From an uncultured delta proteobacterium (GTDB lineage: Bacteria; Desulfobacterota; Binatia; UBA9968): 64,000 nt of DNA. The notes under the pieces are model-generated. The model had not been told where the DNA came from and did not search any database. It saw only the letters and a list, made by a program, of their open reading frames with translations. The stretch lies in contig CAVYTU010000013.1 of the NCBI GenBank assembly GCA_963771465.1, positions 224,001 to 288,000 on the forward strand. The letters run 5' to 3'. Within the stretch, counting starts at the first letter, position 1; the number at the start of each line of letters is the position of its first letter. The translations under genes and the position numbers were made by a program. This document shows positions 9,261 through 17,563 of this stretch, piece by piece.

Positions 9261-9920
9261 TTACTGCCTCAGTGCGGCGATACGGTCTTCGGTGGCGGGA
9301 TGGCTTGATAAGAAACCGCCGCCTCCTCTGCCGGCTTCTTGGCTGAGAAGCCACTTGAGAGTTCGTTCCATGGTTTGGGGCGGATAACCGGCGCGTTGTA
9401 ACAGTTCCATGGCGTGGCGATCGGCGGCGAATTCCTCTTGACGGCCGTACCCCCTGGCGATCAGAGTGCCGGCAATGGGTGTGACCGCACTGCTGCCGGG
9501 AAACAGCTGTTCCAGCAACACTACGCCAATATTCAAGCCAGCGCCGAGCACCTGCGCTCTGGCGACATGGCCGAGATCGTCATGGGCGATTTCATGGGCT
9601 AGCACGCCGCGCAATTGCTCGTCACTGGCTCTTTGTAACAAACCGGTCGTAACGTAAAATTCGCCTCCGCCGGCATTAGCCGCGTTGATACTCGGATCGT
9701 CGATTAAGCCGATGCGTACCTGGCTCGCCGAGCCGCGCTTATTTGTCGCCTGCAAGAGCGGCAACATGGTGCGCTTGAGGCGTTCGGCCTGGCGCCCATC
9801 GAAGGGCACCGTGCGGACGCTAGACTGCGCCGCGGGTTCGCTGTCTCCCGAACTCGTGACAAACTCAACGCATCCACTCAGCAGTAAGAGCGCTAGCACG
9901 ATCCGAATCGGTCTTCTCAT
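9261..9920 (-). CDS. M48 family zinc metallopeptidase, lipoprotein
   Basis: Lipobox LLSGC, HEIAH, 'EFAAD', 'SSHP....RI'; start at 9920 or 9938. Confidence 0.9.
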   Translation of the reverse strand: MRRPIRIVLALLLLSGCVEFVTSSGDSEPAAQSSVRTVPFDGRQAERLKRTMLPLLQATNKRGSASQVRIGLIDDPSINAANAGGGEFYVTTGLLQRASDEQLRGVLAHEIAHDDLGHVARAQVLGAGLNIGVVLLEQLFPGSSAVTPIAGTLIARGYGRQEEFAADRHAMELLQRAGYPPQTMERTLKWLLSQEAGRGGGGFLSSHPATEDRIAALRQ

Positions 9921-9967
9921 GATAAATTCCGACTTCATTTTCTGACCGTTAGCGGTTGTTCTTTGTT

Positions 9968-10366
9968 TCACTGCGGCAGCGCCACGTTCGCCATCGAGAC
10001 GAGACGGCAGTTTTTCCAATGTTGCAGCGCGCAGCGCAATGAATTGGCTTCGATGGCGAGATGCTGGCAAACGTTTTCGAAGGAAAATGGAGAGTCATCA
10101 TCCCTTTGCAATATCCACTCTTCGGCAGCGAAAAAGAGCTTCATGCCGGCGCGGCTGCGAGCAGCAAAATGATGTTGAAAGCAGTAGACCGCGTCATTCA
10201 AGAGCGCGAACAGAAGTTTTTCTTCTGGTTCGTCGTAGGTCTTGCGGTGACTAAAGTCGAGATAAGTGAGCGGCGCCAGAGTGTCGTCGATAAACAGCGG
10301 CAGTAAAGGTATGAGTTTGTCGCTCCATGCAGCCGATTCTAACGATGAAATGTCCGTGTTTGCCAT
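9968..10366 (-). CDS. hypothetical protein, paralogue of 1768-2124
   Basis: GGAGG RBS; EEKLLFALLNDAVYCFQ...AEEWI...SPFSFENVC..L. Confidence 0.75.
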   Translation of the reverse strand: MANTDISSLESAAWSDKLIPLLPLFIDDTLAPLTYLDFSHRKTYDEPEEKLLFALLNDAVYCFQHHFAARSRAGMKLFFAAEEWILQRDDDSPFSFENVCQHLAIEANSLRCALQHWKNCRLVSMANVALPQ

Positions 10367-10419
10367 ACCTCCGCCCTTTCTCATTACTTGTCGGGTGGTG
10401 GACCGATGGACGCAGAGTG

Positions 10420-10435
10420 AGCAAACAGAATGCCA
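10420..10435 (-). promoter_or_regulatory. sigma54 -24/-12 promoter
   Basis: Minus strand reads TGGCAT-TCTGT-TTGCT. Confidence 0.75.
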
Positions 10436-10681
10436 CCAAGGCAAATAAGCAATCAAAGAAACTTTATCAATGACGCCGGCTGCGCTCGGCTCCGCAATGT
10501 CCCACAATCGAGATCGTGGTCTCTAATCAATTGCGAAATTGGGACGTTGTCCAAAAATAAAGCGGTGAATCACCCTACACAGTCGTAAATTTCGTGATGG
10601 TCCGCGGTTTGCTGCATTATTTGTTATTCTCTCCAAACCAAAACACCAAGGTCGAATATAGTTGATGCAGGCTCCTATTCG

Positions 10682-10697
10682 TGGGAGCAGCATTGCA
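10682..10697 (+). promoter_or_regulatory. possible sigma54 promoter (weak)
   Basis: TGGGAG-CAGCA-TTGCA; GG-N10-GC spacing kept. Confidence 0.35.
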
Positions 10698-10784
10698 TTC
10701 ACTGAATTCCATTAGCAAAGTGAGCCCTCGGCTTTCAAGCCGTTTGTGGTCAAGGGTTGAACGATAACACAGAGGAAATTCCAC

Positions 10785-11114
10785 ATGGAACGAAGAACAG
10801 TACGCAAGCCGACTGAGACTGTCAAAAAAAAATCTCCCAAGGCAGCGTCAAAATTAAAGGCAGTACCGCTGGCCTATTTCGCGCCGGAAGCGAATACGGT
10901 GGCGGCAGCCGGGGATTTCAATAATTGGGATGTTCAAGCGAACATGCTCGAAAGAAATGGTGACGGTTGGTGGAAGACCGATCTCAAGCTCACCCCGGGA
11001 CGTTATCTTTACCGCTTTGTGATCAATGGCGAACAGTGGAGTGAAGATCCGGAGAACCCGAATAAAGTTCCTAATGAATTCGCCTCGTACAATTCCATCC
11101 TGGAGGTCCCGTAG
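10785..11114 (+). CDS. CBM48 / isoamylase early-set glycogen-binding domain protein
   Basis: 'AGDFNNW', 'L.PG.Y.YRFVING..W..DP.N' AMPK-beta-like pattern; GAGGA RBS. Confidence 0.88.
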   Translation: MERRTVRKPTETVKKKSPKAASKLKAVPLAYFAPEANTVAAAGDFNNWDVQANMLERNGDGWWKTDLKLTPGRYLYRFVINGEQWSEDPENPNKVPNEFASYNSILEVP

Positions 11115-11256
11115 CAGCGCTGCGAGATCGTCAACGCCAGCATGCCGCTAGTTCGCAAATGGCGCCTGTCTCGATAGCAAAACAGCCGGCTCTGAGAAAA
11201 ATCCTATTATTGGCACTTTTACCGAAGCGGACGTCGCTGATTGAATAAGTTAGCTG

Positions 11257-11272
11257 CGGCACATTGTTTGCT
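11257..11272 (+). promoter_or_regulatory. sigma54 -24/-12 promoter
   Basis: CGGCAC-ATTGT-TTGCT; predicted +1 falls almost at ATG 11285. Confidence 0.65.
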
Positions 11273-11284
11273 GAATTTAGCTGT

Positions 11285-11476
11285 ATGAGATTTGTATGTC
11301 GCCATTGTGAAGAACTTTGCTACGGCGAGGCGTTCCGGGTGACCAGCGTCGACAACGATATAGTTTTGCTCGACATGATCGTCTGTCAACACTGTGCGCT
11401 GGTGGCGCGCGGCTTAGAATTGCCAACGCAGAAAATCGACTTGCCATCTGGAAACGACGCGCAAGTCAATTTTTAA
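11285..11476 (+). CDS. small CxxC...CxxC zinc-ribbon/treble-clef-like protein
   Basis: CRHC and CQHC pairs in 63 aa. Confidence 0.65.
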   Translation: MRFVCRHCEELCYGEAFRVTSVDNDIVLLDMIVCQHCALVARGLELPTQKIDLPSGNDAQVNF

Positions 11477-11764
11477 AGCGTCGCCAAAATTCATTCCCCA
11501 GTAGCACTCGCCGGAGTTCGTAGGGTGGTCGCACGGCTGCCTTCCTCCCGGCGCAGCGAATAACCGCGAAAACGCTGACGGTTTTTATTTGCCTACTAGT
11601 ATTCGAACCACTCCTTAGTTGTGCTCTAGAAGCCCAACGCTCCGAGGGGATTTTCCCAGATAATTTTACCCACTCTCGTAGGGAAAATTCCTGCAAGAAG
11701 GGACTGGAGCGATCTACGCGCAAAAAAATTGCCGTAAAATTGCTAGCGATCCGGCGTAACCACC

Positions 11765-11780
11765 TGGCACGTCCTTTGCC
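11765..11780 (+). promoter_or_regulatory. sigma54 -24/-12 promoter
   Basis: TGGCACG-TCCT-TTGC, consensus match. Confidence 0.8.
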
Positions 11781-11827
11781 CTTGTGACATTCGCGATGAA
11801 AAGCTGCGACTGCGATGGAGGTGACAG

Positions 11828-12163
11828 ATGAAAGATCGATGCGCGATAGGTGTACGGATTTCCTTGCTACCGCAACATTGGTTGCGGCCCTATGAAATTG
11901 GCGTCGTGATTGACCAACAACCGCGAGCATTAAAGAAATGGCTGGTGCAGTTCGAGAATTCCTATCCCGGCGGGGGTATCGACGGAGACAAAATGTGGTG
12001 TGATGAAAGCGATTTTGCCGAAGTGATTCGTCCTCGTAGTGAAGCCACGCGGACCGCGCACATACCGGGGACGTTTCCCCTCGCCGATGCACCGAAGTTT
12101 TCGGGCATAGAAAACGGGGCCGGAGACAGATCGAACGGCAACGGTAGCGTTGTGTTGAGCTGA
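11828..12163 (+). CDS. hypothetical protein (possible small beta-barrel N-terminus)
   Basis: GGAGGT RBS, sigma54 promoter upstream. Confidence 0.65.
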   Translation: MKDRCAIGVRISLLPQHWLRPYEIGVVIDQQPRALKKWLVQFENSYPGGGIDGDKMWCDESDFAEVIRPRSEATRTAHIPGTFPLADAPKFSGIENGAGDRSNGNGSVVLS

Positions 12164-12348
12164 GTGCGGCGCGGAATACGCCTCCCGAGGAGCAGTGACG
12201 CGGTGATGAATTCACCGAGTATTGCGGTCATGCTCGGGACAGCTCGATACGCGTCGAACTGCGCAAATGCGGAGGAACGCGGCTAGGCATCGCGCGCAAT
12301 CGCGATGAGATCGAGCACCACTGGCGCTAGCTTAAAATTCTCGTAATC

Positions 12349-12789
12349 ATGCGACCGACAAAATCAACCTCGTGGTTTACTCGCTTCGCGAAAACGACGT
12401 CTCGACTCGTCGGTCGCCCGGCCGCGTTTATCTCGGCAGCGGGACTCGTTGTGGTGTGGGGTTTGACCGGTCCGATGTTCGGCTATAGCGAAGGCTGGCA
12501 ACTGGTGATCAATACCGGCACGACGATCGTTACGTTTCTGATGGTGTTCTTGATTCAGAATACTCAGAACCGCGACTCAGAGGCGATTCAGATCAAACTG
12601 GATGAATTAATTCGGGTCAGCAAGGGGGCGCAAAATGCCCTGCTGAACTTAGAAGAGCTCGAGGAAGAGGAACTGGATTCCATTCGTGAAAAATACGTCG
12701 AGGTGGCGGAGAATGCGCGCGCCGATTTGCGCTCTCAGCGAGGTCAAACAGCGAGCCCGGATGGCCAGCGGAGAAGGCGCGTTCGATAA
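12349..12789 (+). CDS. low-affinity iron permease (Fet4) family protein
   Basis: Signature WQLVINTGTTIVTFLMVFLIQNTQNRD..AIQIKLDELI. Confidence 0.95.
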   Translation: MRPTKSTSWFTRFAKTTSRLVGRPAAFISAAGLVVVWGLTGPMFGYSEGWQLVINTGTTIVTFLMVFLIQNTQNRDSEAIQIKLDELIRVSKGAQNALLNLEELEEEELDSIREKYVEVAENARADLRSQRGQTASPDGQRRRRVR

Positions 12790-12792
12790 AAA

Positions 12793-13440
12793 ATGAGGAC
12801 GGCAGCTATGTCAATCGTGGTTTTCAGCTTGGCGCAGGCCGTGGCGCCGCAAGTGGGGTCGCGCTCCAAAGAGAGCGAGCCGCCAGCGACCGCTAAAAAA
12901 CAGGTCGATGCCGAGACCGCGCAACGGCTTTATCGAATTGCCACGCCACTGCTGCGCGCGATGGAGCATTCGCTCAAGCCGCAACAAGTTAGCGTCGGCG
13001 TTATTGCCGATGCCGCCATCAACATCGCCAACGGCGGCGGCGGCAAATTGTTTGTCACCACCGGTTTATTGGAGCGGGCGAATGACGACCAGTTGCGCGG
13101 GCTGATGGTACACGAAATCGCCCACGAGGATCTCGGCCATGTAACCAAGCTCAAGATATCGGCAACAGGCGCTAACATGGTCTTGCTCGAACATTTGGCG
13201 GCGAAGCACACGGCGCTGACATTAATTGACGGGCCGATGATCACTGCAAGCTTCAGTGTGTCCGAGGAACTCGCGGCCGATCGCCAAAGTGTCGCGATCC
13301 TGGAGCGCGCAGGGTATCCCAAATCAGTTGTCACCGAAGCGCTGACCTGGATCTCGAAAATTTCGCCAAGCCACGGCGGGTTTATTTCTACTCATCCCAA
13401 TATCAGCGAGCGCATCAAAAACCTGAAGGCGTCGCCCTAG
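12793..13440 (+). CDS. M48 family metallopeptidase, paralogue of 9261-9920
   Basis: HEIAH, ELAAD, STHP; aligns by eye with the first copy. Confidence 0.88.
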   Translation: MRTAAMSIVVFSLAQAVAPQVGSRSKESEPPATAKKQVDAETAQRLYRIATPLLRAMEHSLKPQQVSVGVIADAAINIANGGGGKLFVTTGLLERANDDQLRGLMVHEIAHEDLGHVTKLKISATGANMVLLEHLAAKHTALTLIDGPMITASFSVSEELAADRQSVAILERAGYPKSVVTEALTWISKISPSHGGFISTHPNISERIKNLKASP

Positions 13441-13455
13441 CGGGTACAGACAGTT

Positions 13456-13689
13456 ATGATGAAATCCGGCGGCGGTAAAATACTGGCTATTTAAGGGTTG
13501 GCTGTGCTCCTAGGGAGTGTCGCCTGCGAAAATATCTCGCTCATCAAACGGCCCACGCCTCAGCTCGATGGCGATGAAATCGTCGGTGAGATAACGAGGA
13601 TCGATGCAGGCCTCAAGCAAATCTATCTGCGTCCAACTGCCGACTTCTCCGGCCGCGTTTCGACACAGACAGTTCGCTATGACGAGTAA
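13456..13689 (+). pseudogene. disrupted lipoprotein gene
   Basis: MMKSGGGKILAI*GLAVLLGSVAC: in-frame TAA at 13492 inside the signal peptide; ORF ends early. Confidence 0.5.
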
Positions 13690-13760
13690 CCGGGGTGTGA
13701 GATCAGTATGCAAAGGGTCTGCTCGGTAAAAAACTCGAAGCATTTAGGCAAGGAGAGAAT

Positions 13761-13838
13761 ATGGCCGATCTAGCTGCCTGGTCTGTTACTGTGCCGATAT
13801 CTTTACTCGCTTTGCTTTGGGTCTTTGACGTACTCTAA
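13761..13838 (+). CDS. 25-aa single-TM microprotein MADLAAWSVTVPISLLALLWVFDVL
   Basis: AAGGAG RBS at good spacing; fully hydrophobic core. Confidence 0.5.
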   Translation: MADLAAWSVTVPISLLALLWVFDVL

Positions 13839-14102
13839 GGCCCGCTTGCTCGGCGCGTGATTACAGTTGTCCGAGCGTTCAAAACCCTTCGGTAAGCCAA
13901 TCAGGAAAGCGAACTCGCGATATCACAGGTCTTAAATTACCGACTTTTACCTAGCAACCCGAACATTCCATCTCTTCAAGATATCGCAAGAGCGATTCTT
14001 TCTGTTAGCTAAAACTCGTAGGAAATTACCTTCGTAAAGGAAATTGCATACCGTCCCTGCGTCAAAACTCTCGTGAATTCGCGCTGTCCCTTGGCTCGCT
14101 CG

Positions 14103-14118
14103 TGGCACATGAATTGCG
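14103..14118 (+). promoter_or_regulatory. sigma54 -24/-12 promoter
   Basis: TGGCAC-ATGAA-TTGCG. Confidence 0.78.
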
Positions 14119-14151
14119 CTTCATATTTTTCGCCCGAGAAGGAGTTGGCGA

Positions 14152-14328
14152 ATGGAACTACCAGTCGATGCGCAGGATGTTGAGACCACTATCAATGAAC
14201 TTATTTTGATGTTGCGAGAAAACGCCAGCGACAGCCAGACCCATCAGCGCGAGACGCAAATTTTAGTGGCCTACGCGCTCTCAGGGCTTTTTGGCGGAGA
14301 AGGACTTTGTTCGCGATGCTGGCATTGA
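14152..14328 (+). CDS. 58-aa helical microprotein ending in CSRCWH (not in ORF track)
   Basis: AAGGAG RBS and sigma54 promoter; MELPVDAQDVETTINELILMLRENASDSQTHQRETQILVAYALSGLFGGEGLCSRCWH. Confidence 0.6.
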   Translation: MELPVDAQDVETTINELILMLRENASDSQTHQRETQILVAYALSGLFGGEGLCSRCWH

Positions 14329-14506
14329 GCATCCTCAACGCGGACGATAAATAAAATAAAATGAAACCGAAGCTCCCAACTTCTAAGGATTCGCTAGACG
14401 ATCGTTGTGAGGAAAAAAAGCCTTCTGAACGGTTTTTCCCTTCAACAATTTTATCTGTGTTCGGTCTTTTCGCTTTGGATTCACGCATTTTTGCGCAGAT
14501 ATGCGC

Positions 14507-14522
14507 TGGCATCAGGATTGCG
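14507..14522 (+). promoter_or_regulatory. sigma54 -24/-12 promoter
   Basis: TGGCAT-CAGGA-TTGCG. Confidence 0.75.
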
Positions 14523-14566
14523 GATACAAAGATTCAGCTTAGTCTAGTAAAGGAGGGTTCTAAGGT

Positions 14567-14791
14567 ATGAAGACATTTTTAGTTTTGATGTTGGCAGCAG
14601 CGTTGACTCAATCGGGTTGCGCATTTCTCGGTGGTGCGGCTACCGGTGTGTTGGCTACCGGGGCAGGATATGAGATCCAGGCGAAGCGGCAAATGGATAA
14701 GCTGGATGACGATCTCAAGAGCGAGAGAATTTCGCGGCGCGAGTATGAGCAGCGCAAACAGCAGATCGAGAACGGTTCGATCATTTACTAA
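14567..14791 (+). CDS. small lipoprotein with glycine-zipper-like segment and SHOCT-like C-terminus
   Basis: AGGAGG RBS; lipobox-like QSGC; 'ISRREYEQRKQQI'. Confidence 0.75.
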   Translation: MKTFLVLMLAAALTQSGCAFLGGAATGVLATGAGYEIQAKRQMDKLDDDLKSERISRREYEQRKQQIENGSIIY

Positions 14792-14852
14792 GGACCGCTA
14801 AACGCGGCTGGTAAACGGAATGAAACGATCAAAGCAGAAAGGAGGTTATACT

Positions 14853-15020
14853 ATGTTAAGCTGGGCACTGACCTTTTTGATTATCGGTCTGATCGCTGCG
14901 CTTCTGGGCGTAGCGGGAGTTGCCGCCGTGGCAACACAGGTCGGCTGGATCTTATTTGTCGTTGGCCTCATCCTGCTAATCGTACATTCAGTCCGTGGAC
15001 GGGTGCCACCTGTCGCGTAA
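14853..15020 (+). CDS. DUF1328 (YtjA/UPF0391) small membrane protein
   Basis: MLSWALTFLIIGLIAALLG..G.A signature; AGGAGG RBS. Confidence 0.9.
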   Translation: MLSWALTFLIIGLIAALLGVAGVAAVATQVGWILFVVGLILLIVHSVRGRVPPVA

Positions 15021-15226
15021 GTGAGCTAGTGGATTCGAACGATGTTGTCAAAACATCGTTCGAATCCTGAGGACAAAGATTCGCTGGAATCGATCCAACG
15101 ATTTAATCAAGTTCACCCCACGATTGTTGTGATAGTCTCGCGCAGCGAGACCGGTAATGATGTTTTGCGGTTGATTCTTTCGATCGCCACGAAAGACGAC
15201 TACAGAACATCCATCGCGCCCTCGTT

Positions 15227-15584
15227 CTATAGTTGCATCGCTCGCGAATTGCTTGCGTCGCCGGTCAATATCATTTCCAGGACTTGGAAATCGAGCGGCT
15301 TTATTAAATGATAATTAAATCCGGCTTGGCGGGATTCTTCGCGGTCTTCATCGCTTCCCCAACCGGTTTGCGCGATCAAGATGATGTTCTTGAAGGCGTT
15401 CATTTTTCGCCGCTTCCTGCTCGGTATAGCCAAAGAGCCGTTCCGCTCCGCCATTCCAGCTGGTGATAATGCCGTTGAGATCTTTGCTAATAATAGCGTC
15501 GTCGGAAGACTCGACAATCGCTGCGAGTCTGGCACCGTCCCCGAGGAAAAAGTTACTGATGTTCGCTAGATCGATCGGCATCAC
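15227..15584 (-). pseudogene. remnant of a PAS hybrid sensor kinase (PAS start fused out of frame to receiver C-terminus)
   Basis: '[33 protein letters not shown]' abuts '[28 protein letters not shown]'. Confidence 0.75.
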
Positions 15585-15852
15585 GCCATTCCTTCAGTTG
15601 CAGAATCCACCGAGAGCCTCAAGAACTTACCGGACTACTGAGCGGTTCTTCTTGGAGACAAAAAACTAGGCTACTTCCCAGGTCAAATCAAGGGATATTG
15701 GCGCGATGTTAAACCGTCTCGCAGAATCAAGAAAAACGGAAACTGAAAAAAAAACAGCGAGGAACCCGCCGGCGCTTCAGCGCAAAATACCAGGCTTTCC
15801 TGGGATAGTGGCGAGGGTTACGCGGTAAGGAGAAGCCTATTTACGAAGAAAG

Positions 15853-16599
15853 TTACTTCCGCCGTTGCGGCTTAAATGTAGAGCCGCGTACGCCCACACT
15901 ATCGGATCGCGCAGAGGGTGAATCCGTTGATCTTAGTATCGATTGATCGTAGCGCGCCAACAGATCGGCGGGATGGCGATAAACTTCAATACATCCGGCG
16001 TGGCGTAATCGCTCTTCGGTCCAGCCGCCGCTAAGCAATCCGATTATACGCATATTTGCGTTGGTGGAGGCTTCGGCGTCATACGGTGTGTCGCCGACTG
16101 TAACGATTTCGCCGAGGGCGATATCGCCGAGCTTGCTGAGCGCAGCTTCGAAAATATCGGGATGCGGCTTGGATTGTTTGACGTCGGCGGACGAAGTGTC
16201 GGCTTCGATGAGATCCTCGATCCGGGCGATTTTTTTATACTCATCCAATTCATCTTTTTTGGCCGACGAAGCCAGTGCGATTTTTCGCCCATCGTCTTGG
16301 ATTCGGCGCAACAGCTCGCGCACTTTGGGGAAGGGTTTAATTTGTGGCAAGTATTCCGTCCGAAACAGATTACCGCGAAATTCCTCTAGCTCCCGGCCGA
16401 AACGACCGAGCTCTTCAGTGGAGAAAAACACTGGCAGAAGCTGATCGGCGCCTTTGCCGATCTGCCGGCGGATCGCTTCGAATGAAACGTCCCTGTCAAA
16501 CTTCGCGAAGGCAACCTGCCATGCCTTAGCATGGAGATCGACCGAATCGACTAACGTGCCGTCAACGTCAAAGATGACTGCTTCAAGCGCACTCTGCAT
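15853..16599 (-). CDS. HAD-IA family hydrolase (phosphatase-like)
   Basis: FDVDGTLVDS, SKPHPDIF and GDTPYD motifs; start overlaps the metallothionein stop. Confidence 0.92.
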   Translation of the reverse strand: MQSALEAVIFDVDGTLVDSVDLHAKAWQVAFAKFDRDVSFEAIRRQIGKGADQLLPVFFSTEELGRFGRELEEFRGNLFRTEYLPQIKPFPKVRELLRRIQDDGRKIALASSAKKDELDEYKKIARIEDLIEADTSSADVKQSKPHPDIFEAALSKLGDIALGEIVTVGDTPYDAEASTNANMRIIGLLSGGWTEERLRHAGCIEVYRHPADLLARYDQSILRSTDSPSARSDSVGVRGSTFKPQRRK

Positions 16600-16744
16600 G
16601 GCCGCATTTACACTCGTCCGCGCTACCAGCGGGCCCAATATTGGCGCAAAAAGTGCTGCAAAAGGTTTCGCCCCCTTTGTCGACACCCTTGCCGTCTCGG
16701 ACTATGCAATCACAATCATCGTGGGCGCAATTCATCTCTGCCAT
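16583..16744 (-). CDS. bacterial metallothionein-like protein (53 aa; not in ORF track)
   Basis: MAEMNCAHDDCDCIVRDGKGVDKGGETFCSTFCANIGPAGSADECKCGHAECA; 8 Cys + 2 His in SmtA/BmtA-like spacing; AAGGAGG RBS. Confidence 0.85.
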   Translation of the reverse strand: MAEMNCAHDDCDCIVRDGKGVDKGGETFCSTFCANIGPAGSADECKCGHAECA

Positions 16745-16782
16745 AGGAGATCCCTCCTTTTAGCGACTTGACGAAGGAGAGT

Positions 16783-16798
16783 AGCAACCCCAGTGCCA
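16783..16798 (-). promoter_or_regulatory. sigma54 -24/-12 promoter
   Basis: Minus strand reads TGGCAC-TGGGG-TTGCT. Confidence 0.8.
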
Positions 16799-17563
16799 TT
16801 GGACGAAAAAGAAAATCTCTAACGACTACCTACCGATCTGAAGTTCACGCAGGATTTTCGCTGTCAGACAATCGGAATTAAAAGTCACGATTCGGAATGA
16901 TTTTCCCGACATCAGGATTCAGCAGCATGATGAAAGGCGGCCGTACTAAGTATTGTGGATGTGCAAGGTCTTCGCGAGATAAGGTTGCCGTGGCTATTAC
17001 AGCTTGCGGGGTCGCGAAGAGTCCAAACGTGAGAAAAAACCGACCGGTGTTGGCAGAGATCACAAGGTAAATGATGTCGGGAGAGGAAGTTGACGGGTGG
17101 CTTTAGCGAGTAGGTAGGGTGCGTCGCGACCGATCCATGCCGCCAATAATCAGCTTGAACCGCTGGCCAACTTTCGCGGGATGACGATATCCTGGGAGGT
17201 GCAATTTCTCCGAGCGGGGCTCGTTCTGGGCCCGTTCATCAGGTAATTTGAGAGCCGCAAGCGTCTGTTCGCACAGGTCTAGCATCTCAACCAGCAACTC
17301 GCCGCCTTTGCCATAACTAACCATGAAGCTTCCATATAGGCAAAAATCGTGCAAAGCCGAAAGGCTGGAACTTCACCACTTTGAGTCGCTTGCGAGCCAT
17401 CGCGGGTGTCGTTCGATAGTCCACCTGAACAGAGTCGTCACTGAGCTTCACGACTTGATGTGATTTTTGTCTCGGTGCAGCGATGAGATGAAGCCGTGAT
17501 TGACAGCCTTGAGCGAGCGTACTAAGCGATGAGTGAAAAACTTTTCACAAACCAAAATCCTCG

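Noticed and set aside
11466-12215. 249-aa minus-strand ORF
   Set aside because: Spans a promoter region and is antisense to 11828-12163; composition not protein-like
15042-15311. 89-aa plus-strand ORF
   Set aside because: Overlaps the kinase remnant on the opposite strand; no recognisable features
16600-16686. N-terminal extension of the HAD ORF
   Set aside because: The region encodes the metallothionein in another frame
17103-17400. Small minus-strand ORFs upstream of the Rieske operon
   Set aside because: No motif or convincing RBS; possibly a decayed gene but unsupported
17500-17528. sigma70 promoter (TTGACA) for the Rieske operon
   Set aside because: No convincing -10 box at 16-18 nt spacing
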